Positions 32,155-45,447 are shown, counted from the whole stretch's first letter. The stretch is 63,884 bases of DNA, filler included, from Peribolospora baueri (GCA_029717555.1; 11 parts of 11 records of this genome joined end to end with filler, not necessarily neighbours in it); one strand, 5' to 3'. A program made the numbers and translations. The notes: generated from the sequence alone by a model not told the origin.

Positions 32155-33197
32155 TTGCTCGTACCTCAACACGCAATTCTCTTCGTAAAGGTGTCTCCGG
32201 CCGCTGACACCGACCCGGTCGCCCCCGTCTGCCACCCGGGCGATGAGCAGCGACCCACGATCTCAACCAGGATCAAGTTGCCCGACCTCTTCTCCATCCT
32301 CCGTGACGGGCCATTCAGGCTCAACCCGCTTTACGAGAAGGTGCACCCCGTCGTCGACGAGTGGCTGATGACTGAAGGGACTTCGGTCAGACGGTCTGAA
32401 ATGCAGCTTGACGTCGGACGAGAAGATGCGCAAGATGATCGACACGCTAAACTCTCCTCTGGCCGGCGGTTACTTCTTCCTGGATGCGGAGTGGGAACAG
32501 TACAAGATTTTGGCGTCCTATCTCGGTTGGGTAAGGGCTGTGTCATTTTTACCGAGTCTCCATTATAGATGACTGACCTTCCATTGTCATCGTGTAGATT
32601 GTCCTTTGGGACGACGGCAAGTAATCGTGTTGCCCTCCCATCTTCGTTGGGTCCTTGTCGTTGCTACGTCCCGAATGGCAAGCTTACAGAGCGCGTGTAT
32701 ACCCTTATAACAGCCATCGACTGCGGCGAGCTCATCCATGACCGCGAGGGCAGGAAGGCCTACATCGAGAAGGCCAATTCGATGATTGACCGTCTGCTCG
32801 AATCCTCCGGCCCCGACAACGCTCCTAGCTCCTCACTTCCTCTCCTACAAGCTTACGAGTAGCACCTCGCACCGGCCCTGCGCGCCGGCAGCCCTCCCGG
32901 TACCTCCTCGCTCTCTTGGAGGTTTTCTGGCTTCGTCGTCACTGACCGCTTTCGCTGTCTTGATACCAGGCGGCTGGAAGCGCATGCTCGAAGGTCACCG
33001 CAAGTTCTCCGAAGGCGTAGGGAAATTGCACCGCAGCTTTCCCACGGTCGAGGAGTATTGCGCAGTCCGCGAGCGCGGGACTCGCGATGCATGTTGCTCA
33101 GCTCGAGTAAGTATTTCTTACCCACTTCCTTTCCGAAGGCTATTTTGCGGAAGCACTTAGTGGCCGTCACACTCAGGTACGCCAATGGTCTGGCCCT
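32155..33197 (+). CDS. Class I terpene synthase (sesquiterpene cyclase-like), partial; frame change near 32370-32410 unresolved
   Basis: IKLPDLF...LNPLYEKV..VDEW, LASYLGW|IVLWDD|AIDCG (DDxxD spliced across a GC-AG intron 32617-32713), PTVEEYCAVR. The NSE motif would lie off-contig. Confidence 0.68.
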
Positions 33198-33297
33198 NNN
33201 NNNNNNNNNNNNNNNNNNNNNNNNNNNNNNNNNNNNNNNNNTTAATTAATTAANNNNNNNNNNNNNNNNNNNNNNNNNNNNNNNNNNNNNNNNNNNN

Positions 33298-36200
33298 GGG
33301 GGTGGGACAACAGAGCGGGGTGAGTGCACATCAAGCGAAAGCTCAAGCGACCAGCAGGCTCACCTTTCTTTCCGGCTTCAATGCGTCCTCAAGCTGGAAG
33401 GACTGCCCGCCGGGGGGCCTCACGACTGACTGAACAAGCGCCGGTCTACGCTCTGGAAGCTTGCCGCCGGACTTGCCCTTGGACTTGGCCGAAGAGCTAG
33501 TTTGCTTGCCCTCCTCGAGCGTCCACTTGGTGAAATCGAACATCTTGACGTCGAGCGGATCGCCGATGATCTCCTCGTTGACAATGTTGAGAGAGTGGCA
33601 GGTAGCGAGGACGTACAGCAACGGCGTCCTTCCGTCCTTGCCTCCCGTTCCCGGAACGTCATCGACGTCATCGTGCAGCTCGGAGAAACGATTGGAGCGC
33701 TTGTCGATGGTGCGCACGCCTAGCACGTCCAAGCCGTCTTCAGTGAGTGTGCCGGTCTTGTCGAAGCAGAAGACGTTGATCTTTCCCCCGATGTTGACGC
33801 GGTTGGGAGAAATGCAAAAGATGCCGGCCTTGCGCAATCGGGATATCGCAAACGTGGTGCCAATAGACATAGTGGCCGGCAAAGCGGGAGGGATGACCAC
33901 CGTGATGAGGTCGGCGCACCGAAGGAGGATAGTGTGCCAGGCGATGCCGAGTTTGACAAAGTTGACCGAGCTGGCCATGAAACCGACGCCAGCGATGATG
34001 GCGAGCACGCCGATGAAGCGGAAAGAGTCGCGATAAAACTTGAAGCCCATCGGCTTGGGAAAGAGCATGGATCGCACAAGCGCACCCTTGGTGGTGTCAA
34101 AGCCCGTGCGGACGACCATGGCCTTGGCGCAGTCATCCTGGTCGAGCTGAGTGCCGACGCCACCAGAGGTGGCAGCGGATTGTGTGCGAACGCGAATGAC
34201 GCTGGTTCCGGAGAAGAGGAAATGCTTCGCGAGATCGCTTGTGATAGTCGAGCCAGGGCGGGTCAGAGAGAGGATTCCGGCATCGGTGATGGGGAGCTTG
34301 GCGATTGGAACAGACTCTCCGGTGAGCATCGACTCGTTTACTGGGCGTCGGTGAATGAACGAAATGGCTTCAGCTGGAGCGATCCTCGGTGAACGGCGAG
34401 GGAGTTGGCTTATTCCGTGGATATGCCACTCACCGATAGCGTCGCCGGTCAGGAGCACCGAGTCACAGGGAAAGACGGTCAGCGAGCTCTCAGCAACGTC
34501 GAAGATATCTCCCGGGACTAGTTCAGATGAGTCGCGCATAACCCCTGCGTACGCACAAGGCCGATGATCGCCATGATGGCTTCGAGTCAGCATTAAAACG
34601 GCGACATACGCTCCGTGTCACTCTATTCGAAATTTGGTCTGGCACACTCACATTGTTCGTCTCTCCATACCCTCACGGAGCAAGTGAACTTGCTCATCTC
34701 CCTCATCCTGCGAATATTGTGCATCGTTTCGATGAGACTGGTAGCGATGGATGTGATGGAGATGACGGCGATACAAAAGGCGTAGTAGTAATAATCATCG
34801 ATGGACCAGAGGAGGATGGAGACGACTTGAAACATGTAGAAGGGATGTAGGACCTATACCATGTAGGTGGAAGGAAGGAATAAAATGTGTCAGTTGGAGG
34901 CAAGAGTTGGAGACCAGATTCAAGACGAGTAGAAGACTCACCTCATCCACGAGCAACTGTCCGACGCCCTTGCCCTCAATGTCGATGACGTTCTTTCCGA
35001 ACAGCTTTTCCCTCCACTTGGCCTCCTTCTCCGACACTCCACCCATAACGGCGGGGACGCCAGACCAAGCCGGGTCTCGCCACTCTTTGACCATGCGAAG
35101 CTTACCCGTGGGAGGGTGGAGGGCGAAGCGGGTGTAGCGATAATCGACGTACCGCATCGTCGACAACAGGATCTCGCCTTCAGCCACCGTCTCCGCGGAG
35201 CTGGTAGCGCTCAGGCCACTGCCATCGCCGTTGTCGCCATTACGGCCGTCGTTGGCAGCCAAACCGTTCGGTGCGTGAGAACCGAGAGGGGCTGGACTAG
35301 GACTAACTCGTCGGCTAACGTCCTGGCTTTGTGGAACGCTTCGAGAGCCACTCAGCTGATGATCCGTGGGAAGCGGAACGTTGGCTTGGTCGGCCGCTTC
35401 GTATTGCGTCGCTGGCGGCTGACGAGACGAGGGCGGAAAGACGGAAGATAGCGGGCGGTGCAGGGAGACAGACGAAAAAGGTTGCAAATGCAGGTCGCCC
35501 CATTGGTTCTGAGAAGCCAAAAGAAAGGCGAGATTTGAGATCTGCCCTGTCTCGAAGAATGGAAGAAGGGCTGGCCTGGCTGAACGAAATGCTCCACCGA
35601 GGCTTACCTCAACGACCACGAACTCGGCTTGTGCAAAACTCTCCTCCTTGGAGACCCATCGCAATCGCAGCCTGGGCAACCAGCGTCCTAAGAGATAGAG
35701 GACACCAAAGGTGCACACGCAGCCGACGGCCCACAGCGGTCTATGCAGGAGGACGTTTCGGTAGCCGGTGAAGCGGATGAGCATGTCCTCCTCCGGCAGG
35801 TAGATCTGCTGGCGCGACTTGCAAGCAGGGTTAGCCCAGTGCGCAGCCCCAAAGTGGGTCTGAGCGCTCGGTTTGCTCGCTCCATGGTCCCCGTCTCCTC
35901 CTGTAGCCTTGTCAAGATGGCCGCGATGGAGCTCAGCCATCGATTCGACCTGCTCGTCCCAGTCACCACCTTGGGCCTCTTCCTCGACTGCCTCTCCAGT
36001 TGCATCGAGGACTAGGTCCAGCTGGTCCTCCGACTGGCGGTCCATCGATATACGCGTATCCCCGAAAAGCGGGTCGTGGCCTCCTGCAAGAGTACCGAAA
36101 GCAGAAGGTAACAGACCGTCACCCTCCTCATCGGAGAGGGTCCCGGAAGAGCGGAGAGAAGAGCGGTCCACCTCGTCCGCCTCCTCTTCCTCTTCCTCTC

Positions 36201-37303
36201 CCTCGTCCTCATCCTCGCCTGCCCATCCGCCGTACCCTTCGCTCTCTTCCCCGGACACCGCATAGTCGCTCCTACGTGTCCTCCTAGAAGAAGCACGAGA
36301 GCCGAAGGAAGAGGAAGACAAATTCCTGGAGAGAGCGATCCGACGGGTCGAAGAAGGGCTCTCGGGCCGGGACGAGGAAGGGCGCTTTCCGTGTCGACCC
36401 GTCGTCGAGGAGGATTTGCGAAGTGGGCGCCCTCCGAGAGCAGCGGAGATGAAGCTGCCAAACATGCCGCTTCGGCTCGCCGACACGTCCCCTTGCTCGT
36501 CGTGGCCATCCACATCTGCGGGAGGAACGTAGCCGATGACGCTCCTCATGCTCCCGCGACGGGCGTGCATCATGCGGTCGGACGAATAGGACGCCGGGTC
36601 CTCGAGATCTGATTCTACCTGCATACTGGAGCGAACACTACGAGGGCTAGGTGGGCCGCGCGACGCGCCTGCGTGATCGCCGCTTCGAGAGGTGCGAGTG
36701 GTGTGCGCACTGGCAGCGCTGCTTCGGCGCCGTCGCCGGCGGTTACTCGTGTCTTTGGAAAGGTGAAGCCTCTCCTGAGAGGAGCGGCGACCATAGAGAG
36801 AGGGGCGATATTGTTGGTGGTGCATCCTTAGAGGCGATGGGTCAAGGGGTGAGGCGTGCAAGAAAGACGTTCAGCCAGCGGCGGCGACGAACGTGCGCAA
36901 ACGCTCTCCCCTCCGTTCACCACACTCACGAAGTGACGGAACTGGGCACGGTGACGCTCCCCGGGCCGTCGAAGATGCTCCCGCTGGCGTCGCCCTGGTC
37001 GCTCTCATACGTGCCCACTTGCGAATCCCGCCTCCGTCGCCGTCCGCCCGGCACGGCTACGGCTCGCCCGCCCGCCGTGGCTGCCGCGTTGCCATTGTCG
37101 TCGTCGTCGTCGTCTTGATCGCTGTCGCCTCGTTCGGCCGTCTCCGTTTCCCATTCCCGCGCCGTGGCGTCCTCGTCCTCCCCCTCGAAGAAGTCGCTGA
37201 AGGAGGACGAGCGGCGCGGAAAAGCATGGCGTGAGGGTGCGGGGGCGGAGGAAGAGGCGCGCGGCTGAGATGCGGTACTGCCCGGTCGTTGGGAGGCGGC
37301 CAT
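33298..37303 (-). CDS. YPK9: P5B-type ATPase (Ypk9/ATP13A-like), 3' end off-contig
   Basis: [60 protein letters not shown]; long disordered N-terminus. Confidence 0.93.
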
Positions 37304-37666
37304 GGCGAGGAAACGGTGGGACGAATGCTACGGGATGGAGGAGGAAGCGAGTGGAGAGCATGCGCTTGTCCGACTCTTAACCCGCGTCACGTCCTCGTCG
37401 TCTTCCTGACTCGAATCGAATCGACTCGGCTCTGCGGGACGCATTCGTCGTGCGTTGATAACCCAACCGCGCACATGTCGAGCGTCGGAGACTGCGGCGC
37501 GATCGCCGTCGGACGGACGTTAGCGGCGATCGAGGACGCGAAGCGAAGCCGTGGCGAGGCGAGGCGAGATGTATGACAACCGAATCGAATCGACGTCGGC
37601 TCTCTTCCATATAGTGGCGCAGCGCGTCTCCTTCCCTTTCCTCGCCTCGCCTTTTAACATCCCAAC

Positions 37667-38852
37667 ATGGCCGCCTCGCCCCCCGCGACAGCAGACCCGC
37701 TGCTCGCGCTCCGTGCTGCCCTCTCCGTCTCTCCTCCAGGAGCCATCGCCTACCTGGACGCCGCAGGCGCACCGGTCGCAGAGCTGAGCGACGCCGCTTC
37801 TGTCGTCCTACCCGACCCGCGAGGATCGGCGGCGCCGGGGGGGCAGGGATACAAGTGGGAGCTGGGCACTGTGACGAGGTTTGCGAGGGCCAAAGCGGGT
37901 GAGTGGTTCGCCGTGTCACTCGACTCGCGGATGTCTGTCTGTGTCCGACGTGGCTTTCTGACACCGATCGGGCTATCTCCCCTCTTTCTGTCCTGTCAGC
38001 CGCCGACGCGGGCTCGGAAGGTCCCTCTAGGGCGGGCGCCGCGTCCTTCCACACGCTTCAATCTCTTCTCCTCGCCTATCTCCAGCGCGATGCGGGGCCA
38101 AGAGAGTACATGCGGGAGGCGACGGTGCGAAAGCTGCCGTTCCTGTCGATCACGGAGCGCAAGGGTGCGTTGGAGTGGTTGATGGGAAAGAGGGAGGATT
38201 ATGAGCTGGTGAGGCCTGTCGAGGGGCAGCAGCAGCAGCAGCAGCAGGGCGGCGGCGGCGGCGAGGTTGGAGGCGTGGAAGCCGGTGCGGCGGGCGAGCA
38301 GGCGGGCGGAGACGGTGTGGTGTCCGTCCTGTCCTTCACCGCCGCCGTCGGTGCTCAAAGCTCGGCGGCGGGGCAGAAGCGACGATACCAGCCAAATAAG
38401 GAGGATCAGGACGTGGTGAAGCGGATACGGGCGCAGGAGGTGGAGATCCGGGACGCGAGAAGCGTTCTGAGGGGCATCAAGGACACGGTGAGCGATCGGT
38501 TCCCGTTTCGAACGAGGTGCGGCTATTCGATGATGCTGACGACAGCGGCTTGGGAACACACAGGACTTTGGCGGACTTCGAGGGTCGATCTCCGAAAAGA
38601 TCTCTGCAGTAAAATTGTCTGCCGCGTTCAACGGGCGGGGGGTTGCAGGCGGCTCACACGCACAGTCCGGTATGGCGGGCGGCGGCGGTATGGCTGGAGG
38701 CCAGGGTGGCGGGGGTAGTCTGGCGACGCAGCAGGAGGCGGCAAGAAGGAAGAAGGGCAAACGAGGGTTGGATCCGATCATCATCGTCCCTAGCAGTCCC
38801 ACGTCGCTTATCACCATCCACAACGTCAAGCAGTTCTTGGAGAATGCGGTGT

Positions 38853-38886
<34 letters not shown>

Positions 38887-38897
38887 CTTTGGGCGGT
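37667..38897 (+). CDS. CDC73: PAF1 complex subunit Cdc73 (parafibromin), 3' end off-contig
   Basis: DPLLALR, FLSITERKGALEWLMG, DARSVLRGIKD..FGG, DPIIIVPSSPTSLITIHNVKQFLE; divergent from YPK9. Confidence 0.92.
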
Positions 38898-38997
38898 NNN
38901 NNNNNNNNNNNNNNNNNNNNNNNNNNNNNNNNNNNNNNNNNTTAATTAATTAANNNNNNNNNNNNNNNNNNNNNNNNNNNNNNNNNNNNNNNNNNNN

Positions 38998-39166
38998 CGA
39001 AGGTGGGTCCGGGGAGGTGGAAAGATTCGTAATCTTCGTGTGAACTAGTGGGTACCCATGTATGTATGTATGTCTGTTGTATGTCTTATATGTCTGTTAT
39101 ACATATGTCTATTGTATGTCCTGGGTGTGCGCCGAGCGCCACTAAAAAAAAATGGGCGCCGTCGAC
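38998..39166 (+). repeat. Repeat element copy A (hairpin + TGTA/TGTC microsatellite), at the contig start
   Basis: gggtccggggaggtggaaagattcgtaatcttcgtgtgaa...cccatgtatgtatgtatgtctgttgtatgtc...gagcgccac...gggcgccgtcgac; reverse-complement homolog at 44407-44563. Confidence 0.85.
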
Positions 39167-39557
39167 GTCAGTCAGGCACGCACGCGCGCAACATGCCGCC
39201 GGCGGCAAGGATGGCTCCGCAGCCGGATAGGACAGATCAGCAAGCGACTCGGACGGAGACACTTGGCCGGCAACGACGACGACCGTCGACAACCATCTCC
39301 CTCGCTCGGCCGTGTCTGCGCATCTTCAGCCGTCTTGCTCCTACATCTCCCTCTGCGTCGTTCCTTGCCGCTCTCTTCTTCCTCCTTGACGTGTCGCCTC
39401 CCCGTCAGGCCCACCTCGCCTTTCTCCCGCGCGACCGAGCGATGCCGCCAGGCTGAGAAGATAAAGCTCGCCAGCTTCGTCAAGGCCTCCTCTCTCCCTC
39501 GTCCCGGCCCGCATCGCTCCAAGGTCCCTCGACGCACCCTCGTCTCGTCCACCTGCG

Positions 39558-42126
39558 ATGGCAGTCCTCCCAACATGGCGGCCTCGGGGCGACAGCAGGC
39601 CTCGCTCTTCGTCCGTCTCCTCTCGTCGCTCTAGTCGTTCCAGACACCAGCTCACCTCCCTCCCCGGAGGCAACAAGGCCGTCGCCGCGTTCGCGCTCGC
39701 TCTCGTTGCCTACACCGCCCAGACCGAGTTGGCACAGTATGTGCAGAGCACGCTGGGTGAGCGTTCACGCCTTTGCGGGCGAGGCGGTGCTGGCGAAGTG
39801 CTGTCTGCGCCGCATTCGCACCAGTGCTTGTCTGCTCACGTGAAATAGCTCTCTTTCCCATAATTTTCGAAAGGCTATAGGAAGCCTTACTTTTCACTGT
39901 GAGGTCCCTATTCGTCTTTGAGGAAAGAGCGAAAGGGGTCGTGTGGACCTCCTTGATCGCACCTTCGGCTGACATCCCCTTCCACCTCGCTTCTGCTCGT
40001 TTATCATAGTTACCTTGGCCACTCTGGCTTTTCCATCATCCTTCCCCTCCATCTCCTCTACCTATCCCGCGTATACCGCGTTCCCTTCTCAACCTTCATC
40101 GCCGACATCAAGCAGACGCTTTCCTATCAGCTCACCCACCGCGCCCGCCCGAAGAGCGCCGCAGCCGACCCAGGCGCCATGCAGCGGATGATTTCTACCC
40201 CGCGGTTCGCCAAGCCGCCGGGGGGCGTAGAGAGGTTCGGATTCCCTGTGTTCTGCTTCCTTAGGCTCATCGCCGCACTCACGGTTCTCATCACCATACC
40301 CTCACTGTCATGGTCAGTTGCCCGCACGTCGGGGAGGGGGGGAGGGGGACGGGTGCTGTGGCTGGCCCACTTTGCCGTCGTAGCGGAGCTGACCAGCGAC
40401 GAACCCTATCGACGGTTTTACCCCATGTCCATTCTCCTCAACCCCTACTGCAACTCCGCCAGGTACATTGCTGTACCGCTCACGTCCATGGCCGACATCA
40501 CCGCCATCTACAACACCTTTTCCGTATGGGCTCTCGTCCTGAGCGTGTACTTTCTGGGCGAGAAGTGGGAGAAGGTGAGCAAGCTCTACCTGCACGGTCA
40601 GTCCTGATATTGATATAGACATCTTCCGTTCCGCAGCGCAAAGTGTTCGCCGTCTTGCTTGCTTGTGCAGGCGTCGTGACCGTCGCGTACGGCGGAGGTT
40701 CAGAACATCGTCGCAAAGTCCCCGGCACGCCGTCGTCCGACCCCACTTCTGGCGAAGAGGGCTCGTCGGCCGGGGAGACGTCTACGGCCGCGTTGGGCAA
40801 TTTGCTCGCTTTCTTCGGAAGCATAGGCTACGCCATCTATGAGGTTTACTTCAAGCTTTACGGTGCCATAGAAGAGAGCGATCGAGACTATGTGGCCGTC
40901 ACACACGATCGAGAGCGCCGCAGGAGCCGTGGCGACATTTCTGACGAGGCTCGAGTGGCTGGCGGTCCCGTCGGTGGATCCGATAGAGACACGGTCGTGC
41001 CCGCCGAAGATGCCGCTTCACGAACGGCCGAGGAGGTGCCGTTCGTCATAGATGATGAGTCCGACGAAGAAGTCGAAGGCGACGTCGAAGCTCAAGGACG
41101 GGCTGAGGCTTCTACGGGCGGAGGAGAAGAGCCCGCCGAGTACTTGGGTGCGAGACCCTCCTGGTCGAGCCCCAAGTCGGAACGAAGAGCTTTTCTCGGC
41201 GCCTCATCCGTCGATTCGCCGCCGGGCTATCACAGCACCGACTCGCCCACGACTGGCGAAGGTGCGACAAGTTCACCAGCTCAAGCTGTTGGTCTCGGCA
41301 TCGACGGCGACAGGGAAACGCCACGGACGACCCTGGCGAACGGGTCTGTTGGCTCTGCGATAGGAAAGAAAAGTGTCCGGATCGGCGGGGAGGCGATTGC
41401 AACCGTGCCTGTGAGGGGCACCGCGGACGAGGACACTGATAGCGTGGCGACGAGCGGCACTGAGGACCTGGTTGACGAGGAGGAGAGGATGAACTCGATC
41501 CGTATCCATCGCACCAGGTCGTCCGATGCACTCGTTCCCCGTAGACTGTCTGAGGACGGCGGGGAGGAAGAGACGACGATGGGAGACGCCGACGGAGGGG
41601 CCCACCGTCGACATGCTCGTCATGGAAGCTCGAGTTCAGCGGCGCCTGCAGCTCCTGCGCCTTTGCCCTTCGGACTGCACCCGAACGTGATGACGAGCGC
41701 GATCGGTTTCTTGACCCTGTCCGTGCTCTGGGTGCCCTTGCCCGTGTTGGATAGATTGGGGTGGGAGAAGTTCGAGCTGCCGCCGGATCTTTGGACGACG
41801 GCGTCTGTGGTGAGTTTCCGTCTCGAAACAAGTTTTCTCTCCTCGTTTTTTTTTCTAGCTCCCATTTGATCCACGATCTCAACGTCCGCCCCGTCCTCGT
41901 CGATTTGCCACAGCTCCTGGTAGTGATTTTTGGCGTCTTCTTCAACGGCGCCATCATGGTCCTCATCGCATGCTGGGGAGCCGTACTAGCGTCCGTCTCG
42001 TGCCTTTGCACAACCGTACTCGTCACCGTCGCTGACATGATCCTCGGCAGGGGCTTTCATCCCCTCAGCCTCGTCGGTTGCGCGGCCATCGTCGGCGGCT
42101 TCGGCTTGTTGGTCGGCGGGGAGTGA
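39558..42126 (+). CDS. EamA/DMT-superfamily transporter, multi-exon
   Basis: AYTAQTELAQYVQSTLGYRKPYF, WYIAVPLTSMADITAIYNTFSVWA, ALGNLLAFFGSIGYAIYEVYFK, WVPLPVLDRLGWEKFELP, WGAVLASV. Confidence 0.85.
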
Positions 42127-42903
42127 GCCGCGTGGCAGCGAAGACGAGACGCGCGCTCGGCTGGGGCATGTACGAGCACAAACGACGAGCGGCGCACAGC
42201 CCTTCTCTCCTCTCTCGTCCCTCCCTCCCATTAAAAACCTCGTTCAAGAGTCTCTCATGTAGCAGTAGGAGACATCCTCGTGATACCTTGACTCTCCGGA
42301 TCGCGACCCGGTTCGACCGTTGCCGTCGTATGACGTCGCGCGCACGCGCACACCTCGACTCGCGCCCGAGCGTACTGTTCGGGTATCGTTCGGACACGTC
42401 TTTTCTCTTCCCCATCTTCCAGCTCTCGCCTACTGTGAAACGCCTGCCGCGGATCGTGATGACAAGGCTGAGCAGGACATGGCATGGCGTCCCGCCGCAT
42501 GCCAAACAGCCTTTGCGAGATGACTTCCCTTCGGAACTCGTGGGAATAAGAAATAAAGAGTGAAAAGGGGAAACCAGCCGATGCGGAATACAGAGGGGGT
42601 GTCCGTCCATGTAGCCGCCCTTTGTTTTTAGGCGGCTGTCCGACGAGATAAGTACGATGATGATGATGATAATGCGATGCAAGGGGTCAGAGAACGGACT
42701 GGTCAGGAAGCAGGAAGGCGAAAAAGGAAGGAGAAAGGAAAAAAAAAAAAGGAACGAGCGCGACTCGACCTTGCGACGGAACGGACATACGGACGAACGG
42801 ACGGACGGTGGGAAAGAGAATGCGAAGGACCCCTCCCAGTCCCAAGACATCACGTCGTGCCACCCGACCGACCGACCGGTGGTCGGAGCCGTCGCCGCTT
42901 CCA

Positions 42904-44187
42904 TCAAAGCTTGGCCCGCCCCATCTCACATTTCCCATCAGCGGTGCCGGCGACGTCTTGCACTTCTGTCCTTTCGTCCGCCCGAGCCAAGTCTCTCGTC
43001 TCAGCGCTCCACGTCCGACTGACGAGGGTGGAAGGGGCAACGCCGAAGCGGTCGTCGACGGACACTCCGAGCTCGTGGACGAGGATGACTTTGAGGAGGG
43101 CGTAATGGTGGATGGCGTGCAGGCAAACTGGAGGCGCGGGAATTACGGAGGGCGGAGGCGACGGGAGCGAGGGAGGCGGAAAGGCCCGTTAGCAAAGCGA
43201 CATTCGCTGCCCTCCCAACGCACACGCCAATCATCGGTATAGGGTTGATCGGGACGCGCGTCACTGTACTTACCGAACCACAACTGCAAGGTGAAAAGGA
43301 ACGGGAACACGGTGACGAACAAACGAGGCGGATGATCAACACCAGCAAGCGAATTCGACCGACGGTGTTCGAACTGGCAAAAGAGCCACGTCGCCTGCAC
43401 ATCATCTCCGCCCGCGCTCCTGGTTACTCACCTCCCTTCCGAACGTTGTGTCCACGTCGACGACGGCCGGTGTTGTAGCCCTTAACCTGACCTTCTTGTC
43501 CAACAACAGCGGTGCGCCCCTCATCGTCGTCAACGTCGTCCCCGCATCTGCCCTCTCGTACTCCTCCTCCGTCAGCCTGGCCAGCTCCTCCAACCGCCCC
43601 CGGAGCTCCGCGAAGGCGGACACGGTGAGGGAGACAGAAGTCTCTTGGGGCAGGTTGCGCGCCCGAACGTCGTAGTTGAGCGACGGGTTGGCGTCAGAAA
43701 GTAAAGACGAGGAGGTGGAGGGGAACGGGGAGGACTCGAGGAGGAGGCGCATGTGGTCGTGTACGCTGTGCGATGAATCACGATCAGTTCGGTTAGTAAA
43801 GCCAACACACTCGTAGTCTGACAACGGCGTCCCGGCGCAAAGACAGAACCGTCGGACTCGCCGCCATAAAACGTTGAGAAAGCTGCAAAGCCCGACTCAC
43901 TGCCTTAGGTGCTTCCCCACCGAACTCCCCGGCACTAGCTTGCTAGAGTGAGAGAGCTGCTCGTCCGACAAACCGCCGAGGTACTCCACCGGCTGCTGCA
44001 TGACGGCAACTCCCACAGACAAGAGGGCCTGTTCTGCGTCTCGGCCTTCCATCAGCTCGGCCGGAGTCCGTTCGTCGCCGCTCACTTTCGCCGGCGGTTG
44101 CGGCTCTGCGGTCGACGGCGGCTTGGAGGAGCTCGAAGATGACCCTGGCGCTGCCAGAGGAGACGACGAAAGCGCTGCAGTTGGCAT
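42904..44187 (-). CDS. DinB-like four-helix-bundle protein with C-terminal PTS1 (AKL)
   Basis: SSVGKHLRH..DH, NYDVRARNLPQE, TTFGRE|LWFV|CLHAIHHYA, FGVAPST; 10-nt microexon 43274-43283; ends GRAKL-stop at 42904-42906. Confidence 0.8.
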
Positions 44188-44406
44188 GACGAAGAAGTGG
44201 TGACTTTCAGCGGAACGAAATGGAGAACCTTGGAGTAAGTGGAGTAGAGGATGAAATACAGTCAAGTCACTGTAGACGAGGGACAGCGGCCGGTTCGCTT
44301 TTCAGTGGCGCGCTCGATTAGAAGACGGTGCGAGGATAGGGAGGATATCGATTCGGATTTGCTGCGGCGAACCCAAAACGGGTGTCAACCGACTGAGTTT
44401 TGTCTT

Positions 44407-44563
44407 GTCGACGGCGCCCCGTCGTGGCGCTCGCCCGCACATCCGGGACATACAACAGACATACAACAGACATACATACATACATGGGTCACAGGCAGAC
44501 CACTCGTGCAGGCGCTTCACACGAAGATTAGGAATCTTTCAACCTCCCCGGTCCCCGGACCCA
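44407..44563 (-). repeat. Repeat element copy B (inverted relative to copy A), at the contig end
   Basis: Reverse complement reads ggggaggttgaaagattcctaatcttcgtgtgaa...cccatgtatgtatgtatgtctgttgtatgtc...gagcgccac..gggcgccgtcgac. Confidence 0.85.
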
Positions 44564-45447
44564 NNNNNNNNNNNNNNNNNNNNNNNNNNNNNNNNNNNNN
44601 NNNNNNNTTAATTAATTAANNNNNNNNNNNNNNNNNNNNNNNNNNNNNNNNNNNNNNNNNNNNCCGTCAATGCTAAGCGAATCTACAGTCCTAGCACCGG
44701 CGGCATCTGCCATTGTCCGCCCTCGTCTCTGACAACGCCGGACATGTGAGCGACGACAGCCTCGGTCGTCCCTGCAGGCGGAGATGAATGCTCGACTCGG
44801 TGAGGCTATACACGTTCTCTCGCGGAGACGAGTGGAAGGTGGGCTTACGTTGCAGGCTTTTGCCTTCTCGTCCCCGTTATCTTGTTTCCCAGTTCTTGTC
44901 CGTCTCCGAGCCCGTAGAGTACGCTTTCAACATGCATGGCTAACTCATTTCCTTGCCGCTTCTTCACGCTATCGCTCCCTTCAATAACATGCACTCTCTT
45001 CGTGTGGCCGAGCAAGGAGGAGGGACATGTTATTTTCAAACGACTAAAAGCGGCGTCTACGTCATGGCTCCTGGCTATGATAAAAAGGAGGGTGCTCGTG
45101 GATGGCGACACCCAGCCACGACAGGCAATGGTCTTTAAGGATAAAAAGCCAGAATACTACCTCGCCCGAGATCCTCCGGCGCACAAAGAATTGCCCGTGC
45201 TGGCCACATTCACACAGACTTCGAGTCTCTGAACAAAAGTAGCCGTCAGCATGTGGATGCCTTCGACTGCAGCAATGATTACTTCTGTGGCGTGATCCCG
45301 AAATGCCGGGGCCGTCCTAAAGAACGAATTCGAGAAAGCTGACCAAAGGTTGGGATGATATAAAAGAAATCCAAGGCATACCCTGGAGGAAGGGACATAT
45401 AACCTGACAGCGCGAGGTATGGGATATAGGCAGGCGGACAGGGTGGA

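Noticed and set aside
38855..38886. Long poly-T/A tracts (also near 1306, 14439, 55812) as retro-insertion tails
   Set aside because: They lie in introns or at contig breaks, with no TSD or element body.
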